64,000 nt of DNA. Source: an uncultured delta proteobacterium. GTDB lineage: Bacteria > Desulfobacterota > Binatia > JACPRU01. Positions 39,444 through 48,092 of the stretch are shown here, piece by piece. The DNA is taken from the NCBI GenBank assembly GCA_963745025.1, contig CAVUWD010000008.1, positions 192,001 to 256,000 of the forward strand, in the 5' to 3' direction. The position numbers and the translations under genes were made by a program. The notes under the pieces are model-generated. The model did not search any database. It saw nothing but the letters and a program-made list of their open reading frames with translations, and was not told where the DNA came from. How positions within the stretch are numbered: the first letter of the stretch is position 1; every line of letters begins with the position of its first letter.

Positions 39444-39932
39444 ATGCCGTCCTTCGACGTCGTCTCGCAGCTGAATCTCCAGGAAGTCGACAACGCCCTC
39501 AATCAGGCGCGGAAGGAAATCGTGCAGCGCTACGATTTCAAGGACAGCCGCACGGTGATCGACTGGGACAAGAAGGAGACGATCTCGGTCGAGTCCGCCG
39601 ACGAGTTCAGGGTGAAGGCCGTCGATGACGTGCTGCGCGAGAAGCTCGCGCGCCGTCAGGTGCCGCTCAAGGCGGTCGACTTCGCCGCGATCGAGCCGGG
39701 GCCGGGCGGCCGCGCCAAGCAGGAGATCAAGCTGAAGCAAGGCATCGATGCGGACCGGGCTCGCGAGCTCGTCAAGGTCGTCAAGGACGCCAAGCTGAAG
39801 GTGCAAGCGCAGATCATGGGCGATCAGGTTCGAGTCTCGGGTAAGAAGCGGGACGATCTCCAGGCCGCGATCCAGGCGATCCGCGCGTGCGACATCGACT
39901 TGCCACTGCAGTTCGTGAACTTCCGCGAGTAG
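39444..39932 (+). CDS. yajQ: YajQ family cyclic-di-GMP-binding protein
   Basis: MPSFDVVS, RYDFK, RVSGKKRDDLQ and QFVNFR motifs. Confidence 0.97.
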   Translation: MPSFDVVSQLNLQEVDNALNQARKEIVQRYDFKDSRTVIDWDKKETISVESADEFRVKAVDDVLREKLARRQVPLKAVDFAAIEPGPGGRAKQEIKLKQGIDADRARELVKVVKDAKLKVQAQIMGDQVRVSGKKRDDLQAAIQAIRACDIDLPLQFVNFRE

Positions 39933-39945
39933 CGGCCGCGCGCGT

Positions 39946-40110
39946 TTGCTCCCCGACCTGCCCCCGCAGCCGTTTTCCGATTCCCAAGTCCTCGCCGCCT
40001 ACGCCATCTTTCTCGCGAGCTACCTCGTCTTCGCGCTCGGTAAGTTCCCGGGGATGAAGATCGACCGCCCGGGCGCCGCGATCATCGGCGCCGTGCTGGC
40101 TCTGGCTCAT
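39946..40110 (+). pseudogene. N-terminal fragment of an ArsB/NhaD-family anion transporter
   Basis: AIFLASYLVFALGKFPGMKIDRPGAAIIGAVL, then similarity ends. Confidence 0.7.
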
Positions 40111-40303
40111 CGATTGAGCCGGCCCCTCGCTGGCGTTCCGCCGAGCCGCGTGCTACAAAGCAGGTCTTCGTAGGCTCCGCCCTCCAGTCATTCCGACTCG
40201 AGTCCCTGCAGCGGGACTTCCGTTCCTCTTCAGCCGGCGCCTCTCAATCAACCGATCACGGTCGGCGTGGTGCCGCCCGCGATCCAGCAATCAAGGAGTC
40301 TTG

Positions 40304-41587
40304 ATGAGCTTCGAATCCTTTTCGCTCGACCCGCGAGTCCTCGCCGGCGTCGAGGCGCTCGGCTATATGCAGCCGACACCCATTCAGGAACGAGCGATCC
40401 CGCCGCTCCTGCAGGGCCATGACGTCGTGGGCGTCGCCCAGACGGGCACCGGCAAGACCGCCGCGTTCCTGCTGCCGATCCTCGATCGGCTGATCGACGG
40501 CCGGCGCGGTCGCGTGCGCGCGCTGATCATCGCGCCGACTCGCGAGCTGGCCGACCAGATCCACCACGCAATCGGTGCCCTCGGTCGCGCGAGCGCGCTG
40601 ACGAGCACGACGGTTTACGGCGGAGCGCCGTTCGGGCCGCAGGTGAGGGCTCTTCGCAGAGTCGACATCGTCGTCGCTTGCCCCGGCCGCCTTCTCGCGC
40701 ATCTCGAAGCCGGCACCGTGAACCTCGACGCGGTCGAGGTCCTCGTGCTCGACGAGGCCGATCGGCTTTTCGACATGGGGTTCCTGCCGCCGATCCGCCG
40801 CATCCTGAAAGACCTTCCGACGACCCGCCAGACGATGCTCTTCTCGGCGACGATGCCGAAGGAGGTCCGCACCTTGACACACGAAGCGCTGCGCGCGCCG
40901 GTGTCGCTCGAGGTCGGCGAAGCCGTGCCGGCGGCCACCATCTCGCACGCGCTCTATGCGGCTTCGCACGGCGGCAAGACGGCGCTCCTCGTGGAGATCC
41001 TGGCCCGTACGCGCCCGCAGTCGGTGATCGTCTTCACGCGCACCAAGCATCGGGCGAAGTCGCTCGCTCGGGATCTCGAGCGGAGCGGCTGCGCGGTGAC
41101 GTCGCTGCACGGGAATCTCTCGCAAACCGAGAGGCGGACGGCGCTCGACGGCTTTCGCGGCGGCCGGTTTGGCGTGCTCGTGGCGACCGACATCGCCGCG
41201 CGGGGCATCGACGTTTCGACGGTCTCGCACGTGATCAATTACGACGCCCCGGACACGACCGATGCCTACACGCACCGGGTCGGCCGGACCGGGCGCGCGA
41301 CGCGCACCGGACAAGCCCTCACGTTGATCACCGACGAAGACCGGACGTTCGTGAAGGCGCTCGAGCGCGTGCTCGGCCGGCGGCTCGAGCGGCGGCAACT
41401 CGAAGGCGCCGGGCCGCGTAGCACCCCGCATGCCGACCGCCTGCAGGATCGGCGCGGCTCTCAGATCGCGCGTCCGCCCACGAGCCCGGCGAACGACGCG
41501 CCGATCCCGAGGACGACGGGTGCGCCGAGGAAGTACGGCACGGCGAGACGGAGGCTCTCCTCCGCGAGGAGCTTCAGGGCCTCGTAG
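40304..41587 (+). CDS. DEAD-box RNA helicase (RhlE-like)
   Basis: AQTGTGKT, PTREL, DEAD, SAT and HRVGRTGR motifs; AAGGAG RBS. Confidence 0.96.
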   Translation: MSFESFSLDPRVLAGVEALGYMQPTPIQERAIPPLLQGHDVVGVAQTGTGKTAAFLLPILDRLIDGRRGRVRALIIAPTRELADQIHHAIGALGRASALTSTTVYGGAPFGPQVRALRRVDIVVACPGRLLAHLEAGTVNLDAVEVLVLDEADRLFDMGFLPPIRRILKDLPTTRQTMLFSATMPKEVRTLTHEALRAPVSLEVGEAVPAATISHALYAASHGGKTALLVEILARTRPQSVIVFTRTKHRAKSLARDLERSGCAVTSLHGNLSQTERRTALDGFRGGRFGVLVATDIAARGIDVSTVSHVINYDAPDTTDAYTHRVGRTGRATRTGQALTLITDEDRTFVKALERVLGRRLERRQLEGAGPRSTPHADRLQDRRGSQIARPPTSPANDAPIPRTTGAPRKYGTARRRLSSARSFRAS

Positions 41588-41670
41588 GCGGAGCAAGCGC
41601 AAGCAGCGCAGCGGCTCGGACCGCGCTCGCGAGATCGTCTTCGTCAACGCCCGAGTCCAGAGGCTGCCCG

Positions 41671-41830
41671 GGGCGCACGTCAGATTTGTGAGATGAGCTC
41701 ACTGGGCACCCGGGGCTTCGGCGCGCGCAGCGGCTGAACGCCGCTCCCAGAAGTCCTCGAAGCGGCCGCTGAGCTTGCAGCACCGCAGCGCGATGATTGC
41801 GTCGGCCCCTGCTTCTTTGACTCGACCCCG
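41671..41830 (-). mobile_element. Remnant of a probable ISKra4-family element (transposase C-terminus plus right end)
   Basis: GADAIIALRCCKLSGRFEDFWERR...* followed by tctcacaaatctgacgtgcgccc; family assignment from recalled motif, not a search. Confidence 0.6.
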
Positions 41831-41939
41831 GACCTCCGTTACGATCTCGCGTGCCGATCCTGCAGTGATGAAGTCCGCCGGAAACCGCGGGTCGCTACGG
41901 TAATGGTAGCCGAGCACGGGCCCGCGCTGGCGACGGAGG

Positions 41940-42109
41940 CCGAGGTTGCTCACCCCACGGAACAGCTCGTTCTCTCCACCGAGCGCCATCACGCCGGTCT
42001 GATCGTCATGGGACGTCGCGGAGAGAGCACCTTCGAGGGGTGGACGCTCGGGTCGATCTCCGAGCGCGTCCTCCGCTGCGAGCGCCGTCCGCTGCTCGTC
42101 ATTCACTGA
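41940..42109 (+). pseudogene. C-terminal fragment of a universal stress protein
   Basis: LIVMGRRG....LGSISERVLR....LLVI. Confidence 0.8.
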
Positions 42110-42132
42110 GGACGGCGCGCGCGGACGGAGCG

Positions 42133-43437
42133 ATGATCCCCGAAACCAAGCGGTTGATGATCTATCTCGGCGAGTCCGACCTCTGGCATCACCAACCCGC
42201 CTACATGGCGATCCTCGAGTTCCTGAAGCGCGAAGGATGCGCCGGGGCGACCGTGGTGCGCGGCATCGCCGGCTTCGGCGCCTCGAGCCGCATCAAGACG
42301 GCGGCCATCCTGCGCCTGTCGATGGACCTTCCCGTGGTGATCACGGTCGTCGACCGCGAGGATCGGATCGAGCGCGTTCTGCCGCGCCTGAAGGAGATGG
42401 TCGGTTCCGGGCTCATGACACTCGAGGACATCGGCGTCGTCAAGTACACGCCGATCCTCAAGCACGGCCTCCCTCACGTCCAGGTCCGCGACGTGATGAC
42501 CCGGACCGTCGAGACCGTCGGCCCCGACACGCCGGTCTCGCGCGTGCTCGAAATCCTCATCGACAAGGACTACACCGCGCTACCGGTCGTCGACGCGAAC
42601 GGCCACGTGATCGGGGTGGTGGGAGACACGGACCTGCTCGAGTCGGGCGAGGTGAGCCTGACGCTCTCGATCCCGCGGGCCGGGGGACGTGGGATCTTCG
42701 AGGAGATGCTCGCTCGGCTGCGCCGCAGCGCGACCAAGGTGCGCGACGTCATGAAGTCGCCGGCCACGACGATCGGCGCCGACGCCCCGATCGGGGAGGC
42801 CGCGCGCCTGATGGTCGCGCGGGGCTTGAAGCGCCTTCCCGTCGTCGGCGAGAGCGGTCGGCTCGAGGGCGTGCTCGGGCAGCTGGACCTCCTGAAGACG
42901 ATGGCCTCGGTGCACCTGCCTCACGAAGAACTCGTCCCGCGCGCGGCCGCCGCCGGCAGGCCGCATCGAATCGGCGACGTCACGTCACGCGACGTGCCCG
43001 CGGTCGGCGTCGATGCCGGGCTCGACGAGGTCATCGATCTGGTGGTCGGGTCCGCGGCCAAGCGCGTGGTGGTCGTCGACGCGGGCCGGCGGCCCGTGGG
43101 GATCATCACCGACACCGACCTCGTGCAGCGCCTCTCGCCGGAGGTGAGCGCGGGGTTCGTCGAGATCGTTCGCAGCAAGATCCCGCTCGAGTCGGTCGGT
43201 GGGGAAGCGCGTCGCCACCTCGCCAAGATCCGCGGCACGCATGCCGGCGAGGTCATGACCGCGCCGGTGATCAGCGTGGGAGAGGATACGTCGTTCGCCG
43301 ACGCGCTGGCGATCTCCGCCGAGAAGCACGTGAAACGCTTCCCGGTCGTCGATACCGAGGGCCGGCTCGTCGGCATCGTCGGGCGCATGGAGCTTCTGCG
43401 AGGCTTCTTGGCGGCGACCGAGCCGTCGAGCGCCTGA
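42133..43437 (+). CDS. DUF190 (PII-like fold) protein fused to four CBS domains
   Basis: IYLGESD...GCAGATVVRGIAGFG...LSMDLPVVI; CBS motifs LPVVD, RLPVV, RVVVVD and RFPVVD. Confidence 0.9.
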   Translation: MIPETKRLMIYLGESDLWHHQPAYMAILEFLKREGCAGATVVRGIAGFGASSRIKTAAILRLSMDLPVVITVVDREDRIERVLPRLKEMVGSGLMTLEDIGVVKYTPILKHGLPHVQVRDVMTRTVETVGPDTPVSRVLEILIDKDYTALPVVDANGHVIGVVGDTDLLESGEVSLTLSIPRAGGRGIFEEMLARLRRSATKVRDVMKSPATTIGADAPIGEAARLMVARGLKRLPVVGESGRLEGVLGQLDLLKTMASVHLPHEELVPRAAAAGRPHRIGDVTSRDVPAVGVDAGLDEVIDLVVGSAAKRVVVVDAGRRPVGIITDTDLVQRLSPEVSAGFVEIVRSKIPLESVGGEARRHLAKIRGTHAGEVMTAPVISVGEDTSFADALAISAEKHVKRFPVVDTEGRLVGIVGRMELLRGFLAATEPSSA

Positions 43438-43464
43438 AAGCGGCGGGTCGAGGAGAGCAGAAGG

Positions 43465-43833
43465 GTGGCCTGGCTCTACGTCGGGATCGGCGCCTTCCTC
43501 GGCGCCAACGCCCGCTATTGGGTGGGCGGCTGGGCCGCGGAACGCTTCGGCACGGTCTTCCCGTACGGCACCTTCATCATCAACGTCAGCGGCAGCTTCG
43601 CGGTCGGGCTCCTCGCCGCGTTCTTCGCCGAGCGGGCCTTCTCGCCGAACTTGCGGCTCTTCCTCATGGTCGGCTTCCTCGGCGGCTACACGACGTTCTC
43701 CTCGTACAGCTACGAGGCGCTGCGGCTGCTCGAGGACGGAGGCTACCTGCTCGGAGCGCTCTACTTGTTCGGCAGTTCCCTCGTGGGGCTCGCCGGCTGC
43801 TTGGCGGGCGTCGTCATCGGGCGGCTCGTTTAG
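43465..43833 (+). CDS. crcB: Fluoride channel Fluc/CrcB
   Basis: GAFLGANARY, PYGTFIINVSGSF and GFLGGYTTFSSY motifs. Confidence 0.96.
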   Translation: MAWLYVGIGAFLGANARYWVGGWAAERFGTVFPYGTFIINVSGSFAVGLLAAFFAERAFSPNLRLFLMVGFLGGYTTFSSYSYEALRLLEDGGYLLGALYLFGSSLVGLAGCLAGVVIGRLV

Positions 43834-43974
43834 CCCCGATGGGAAATTATCCGTGATGCCCCGTCGATCCGAAATTCGCCCGGGTCCTGTCGTCGGCGGA
43901 GTCTCTTGACCGAAGGCGCGTGTTGACACGCGCGGCGATCACCCTCTCTATGATCCCCTGGACGAAGAAGATCG

Positions 43975-45476
43975 ATGGCCGACGAAGTTGAAAGCCGCGC
44001 CCTTCGCATGTTGCGGGACGTCATCGAATCGGGGCGACCGCTGGTATACGTTCGCTCCGCGGAGGAAGCGCGCGTGACCGCGCTCCTGCACGACGCCGCC
44101 GAGGTGTGCTTCTCACCCGCCGGCACCCCTCTGGATCTGGAGCCTGACCGAAGGCCTACGCCGCGACGGAGGCGATGACAGCAAGCGCCTCGACGCGCGG
44201 GCCGCTCTCGATTTCGTCGCCGAGCACGAAGGCCCGGGGCTCTTCTTGCTGAAGGATTTCCACGAGCCGATGCGCGAGTCTGCGGAGATCCGCCGGCGGC
44301 TCCGCGACCTCTACGACGCTCTGCCTCGAGCGCGGCAAGCTCGTGGTGATCGTGCTCGCCGGTGAAGCACATCCCCGAGGAGATCGAGCGCTCGATCGTC
44401 GTACCTCGAGCTCCCGGTGCCCGACCTGTCCGAGCTCGTGGGCCTTCTGCGACGCGAAGGTGCGGCGATCACGGCGGCCGGGGGCACGGTCGACTCGAGC
44501 GACGCGACGCTCGAACAGCTCGCCCGGGCGCTCCAGGGCCTCACGCTCGACGACGCCCGCCACGCGGTCCGCCGCGCCCGCACCGCCCGGCACGCGCTCG
44601 ACGCGGAGTCGATCCCGCTCCTCCTCGAGGAGAAGCGGCTGCTCGTCAACCGCACCGGCATGATCGAGTACATCCCGACCGAGACCGAGCTCGACCACGT
44701 CGGCGGCCTCGAGGTGATGAAGAAGTGGCTCCTCGAGCGGCGCAAGCTCTTCCAGATGCGCGACGGCCTGAGCGCCGACATCGTGCCGAAGGGCGTGCTG
44801 GTGATGGGCGTCTCGGGCTGCGGGAAGAGCCTCTCGATCAAGGCGATCGCGTCGTGCTTCGAGCTGCCGCTCTACCGCATCGACATGATCCAGGTCTTCT
44901 CCGGTCGCCACGGCAAGCCCGAAGGCGCCTTCGCCGAGGCCTGCCACATGCTCGAGTCGATGGCGCCGGCGGTCGTCTGGTTCGACGAGATCGAGGCCGG
45001 CATCAGCACGCAGGCGAAGGAAGGCGAGCTCGGCCGCATCTTCGGCTTCTTCCTCACCTGGATGCAGGAGAAGGCGCGCGGTCTCTTCGTCGGCGCCACC
45101 GCCAACCGCATCGACCTGCTGCCGGCCGAGATGATCCGCAAGGGCCGCTTCGACGAGGTGTTCTTCGTCGACCTGCCGATCGACGACGAGCGGCTCGAGA
45201 TCTTCAAGATCCACCTCCGCCGCCGCGGCGTCGATTCGTCGGGCTTCAACCTCGAGTCGCTGAAGAAGTTCACGAAGGGCTGGACGGGCGCCGAGATCGA
45301 GCAGTGCGTCATCTCGGCGCTGACGACCGCCCGCCTCGAGGACCGCGAGGTCACCGACGACGACCTCTTCAACACGACGGCCAACGTCGTGCCGCTGTCG
45401 AAGACCATGAAGGAGCAGGTCGACCTGATCCGGAAGCTGGGCGTTCGACCGCGCGGTGCGCGCGTCGTTGCGATAG
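43975..45476 (+). CDS. Ycf46-like AAA+ ATPase; several frameshifts in this sequence
   Basis: Inactive N-terminal AAA (YVRSAEE.R, LKDFH); GVSGCGKS; WFDEIE; RKGRFDEVFFVDLP; ends WAFDRAVRASLR*. Confidence 0.85.
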
Positions 45477-45508
45477 CCCGTTCGTCGCCGCCGAGGCGGG
45501 GGGAGCGC

Positions 45509-45958
45509 TCAGTCAGCGCGGGCGGAGGAAGAGAATGGGTTCGTCGTACGGAGGTCATGGAACCGAGCAAAGTCCCGATCTCCGGTGAGTAGCTCGCTCA
45601 CGCCGTGCTCGATGCAGAGCGCGGCGATGTGAGCGTCATGCACGAGGTTCGCGGTCGCCCCGGAATGCGTCAGAACACGATTCATCACTTCGATGTGGCG
45701 GGAGGTCTCGGCGAGGAGCACGAGAGTCGGGGATGCGAGGATTCGACCGAGGTCGGCCAGAGCGAGAGGAAGCGGGACCGGTGGGTGATAGACCTTCGGG
45801 TGAGTGACGACGCGAAGGAACTCGTAGACGCATGGCCACGGAATCGCCCACGGCAGCGACCCCTCGGCTAGCTCCTGAAGGAGATCATGGGCCGCCCGAT
45901 GATGGGCGCTCGAGCGGATCTCGGCGAAGATCAGGACGTTGGTGTCGATTGCCCGCAC
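45509..45958 (-). CDS. PIN-domain (VapC) toxin
   Basis: IDTNVL, YEFLRVVTHP, DAHIAAL and TGDRDF motifs. Confidence 0.92.
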   Translation of the reverse strand: MRAIDTNVLIFAEIRSSAHHRAAHDLLQELAEGSLPWAIPWPCVYEFLRVVTHPKVYHPPVPLPLALADLGRILASPTLVLLAETSRHIEVMNRVLTHSGATANLVHDAHIAALCIEHGVSELLTGDRDFARFHDLRTTNPFSSSARAD

Positions 45959-45960
45959 CC

Positions 45961-46197
45961 TCAGCGGCCGTCCATCAAGTCGAATAGCTTGTCGCGGTCG
46001 AGGATATCCACCCCAGGCCGTTCCTCCGCGCGCCAGCCCCGCAATCGGAGCCGGAAACTCGTGGCGCGATGGGATCGCGCAAGCCCCTGGCGCAACAGAT
46101 CATTGGCGACCGATTGAAGGGTCCGCCCTTTGCGGGCCGCGATCTCCTTCAGCTGGCGCAAGAGCGTTTCATCGAGAGACAGGGTCGTCCGTTTCAT
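45961..46197 (-). CDS. RHH/CopG-type antitoxin (VapB)
   Basis: MKRTTLSLDE.LL..LK..AA; lies upstream of the PIN gene. Confidence 0.9.
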   Translation of the reverse strand: MKRTTLSLDETLLRQLKEIAARKGRTLQSVANDLLRQGLARSHRATSFRLRLRGWRAEERPGVDILDRDKLFDLMDGR

Positions 46198-46226
46198 GCA
46201 TCAAAGTGTATCAAGCAAGCATCAAG
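46198..46226. promoter_or_regulatory. Three GYATCAA direct repeats; probable antitoxin operator
   Basis: Copies at 46198, 46208 and 46219, abutting the start codon; no SD. Confidence 0.55.
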
Positions 46227-46346
46227 ATGTCGACGAACCCGCAGCCGATTCGAGGTAGCGATTGTTGGCCGCCGCGGCGGTAACCTCGGAACGGCACAAC
46301 CGCCTCTTGTTGCAAGGCGCTCATCACGTCGGTAAGCTAGGCATCG

Positions 46347-46709
46347 ATGCTCAAACGGCGGCAATTGGCGATCGTAATCGCGCTCCTGGTGACGATCGGG
46401 CTCGACGCCGCCTGGGCGACGCCGCAGCGCGCGGCGAAGAAAGCACGGTGGGCCACCTGCTGTGCGCAAAGCTGTGCCAATCTGCGAGCGGTCGCCTGTG
46501 ATTCCGGCTGCTGTCCGATGACCCGCCCGGACAGTCCCGCGCTCTCTGCGGCCGGAAAACACGATCGGACCGGTCCTGCGACCGTCGGCGAACCGGCCGT
46601 TTCCGCCCTCGCCGTGGTATGCGGGTCCGATCCCAACGTCGTCCCGCTCGAGCGGGCTGGGAACGATCCGCCGGCGACCCTTCTGCTGACGCGCACGCTG
46701 CGACTCTAG
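46347..46709 (+). CDS. Cys-rich signal-peptide protein leading the efflux operon
   Basis: N-terminal hydrophobic helix; TCCAQSC and ACDSGCCPM; C-terminal DPPATLLLTRTLRL. Confidence 0.7.
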   Translation: MLKRRQLAIVIALLVTIGLDAAWATPQRAAKKARWATCCAQSCANLRAVACDSGCCPMTRPDSPALSAAGKHDRTGPATVGEPAVSALAVVCGSDPNVVPLERAGNDPPATLLLTRTLRL

Positions 46710-46826
46710 ATCTCTCCCTCAGTCGCCGCACCCCACGGTGCGGTCGAACCGACCCGCCCTGTCGTCTTCAGGCGGGTGAGCCCGGCGAATTGCCGCCGGC
46801 GCTCCAGCAGGAGAGGGGAGAGAAGC

Positions 46827-48092
46827 GTGCACACATTCAAAATCGGCATCGTTGCGGCGGTCGTCGTCGCGCTGGCGCGGCCGGCGGCGGGCGATGAGCA
46901 GACGCCCGCACCCCTTCGACTCGGCGACGTGCTCGCGCAGGCGCGGAGCCAGAACCCGGCGATCGCGGCCGCGCGGGAACGAGCGAAGGCGGCGGGCTTC
47001 GCGCCCGTCCAGGCTTCGGCTTACGACGATCCCACGATCGGCTACGAGGCCTGGAACGCGCCGGAGTCCTTCGACCTCGACCACGCCGACAACAACATCC
47101 TAAAGCTCTCCCAGCGGGTGCCGTTTCCGGGCAAGCGCTCGCTCGCGGGCAAGATCGCGGAGCGCGACGCGGACGTGGCCGGGCGCCGGGCGGATGCCGT
47201 CGAGCTCGACGTCGTCGCCGCGGTCAAGCGTGCCTACTATGGGCTCTGGCAAGCGCACCAAAATCTAGAGATCTACTCGCGCGACAAGCAGCTGGTCGAG
47301 CAGTTCGCCACGATCGCCGAGCAGAAGTATGCCGTCGGACAGGTGTCGCAGCCCGACGTCCTGCGCGCGCAAGTCGAGCTCACCCGACTCATCAACCGCG
47401 TGACGACCCAGACCCTGGGGATCGACGGCGCCGCTGCCGAGCTCAACGCGCTGCTCAGCCGGCCGGCCACGAGCCCGCTCGGCGTTCCCGAGGATCCGCC
47501 CACGCCGCGTCTCGCCGAAGCCGCCGCAGCGCTCTCCGACCGGGCGCTCGAGAATCGGCCCGAGACGAGCGCCGCGGCGGCGGCGGTGGCGCGGGAAGAG
47601 GAGAAGGTGCGCATGGCCAGGCTCGACTACTTCCCCGACTTCGAATTCGCCGTCTCCCGGTTCTTCAACTTCGATCACCCCGACGGCGTGGGCCTGATGG
47701 CGTCGCTGTCGCTGCCGATCGCCTACAAGTGGAAGTACGACGCCGCGCTCGGCGAGGCCGACGCACGCCTACAAGCCGCCAAAGCAGACCTCCGCCGCCA
47801 GCAGGACCGTGTGCGCAAGGAGGTCGAGCAGGCGTTCATCCGCGCCCGGACGGCGCTCTTGCAGCGCGAGCTCCACGTGACCACCCACGTTCCCCAGGCC
47901 GAGCAGGCGCTGGTGGCGAGCGAGATGGCCTACCAGACCGGCAAGCTCGATTTTCTCTCACTGATCGACAGCATCCGAGTGATCGAGGCCGTGCATCTCG
48001 ATCACGTCGAGGCGGAGGCGAGCTTCGAGAAGGCGTTCGCCGACCTGGAGCGAGCCGTCGGTGGACCGATCGAGAGGAGTGCCGCGCAATGA
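46827..48092 (+). CDS. TolC-family outer membrane efflux protein (CusC-like)
   Basis: Signal peptide; QRVPFPGK; YAVG...DVLRAQVE; YQTGKLDF. Confidence 0.9.
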   Translation: MHTFKIGIVAAVVVALARPAAGDEQTPAPLRLGDVLAQARSQNPAIAAARERAKAAGFAPVQASAYDDPTIGYEAWNAPESFDLDHADNNILKLSQRVPFPGKRSLAGKIAERDADVAGRRADAVELDVVAAVKRAYYGLWQAHQNLEIYSRDKQLVEQFATIAEQKYAVGQVSQPDVLRAQVELTRLINRVTTQTLGIDGAAAELNALLSRPATSPLGVPEDPPTPRLAEAAAALSDRALENRPETSAAAAAVAREEEKVRMARLDYFPDFEFAVSRFFNFDHPDGVGLMASLSLPIAYKWKYDAALGEADARLQAAKADLRRQQDRVRKEVEQAFIRARTALLQRELHVTTHVPQAEQALVASEMAYQTGKLDFLSLIDSIRVIEAVHLDHVEAEASFEKAFADLERAVGGPIERSAAQ

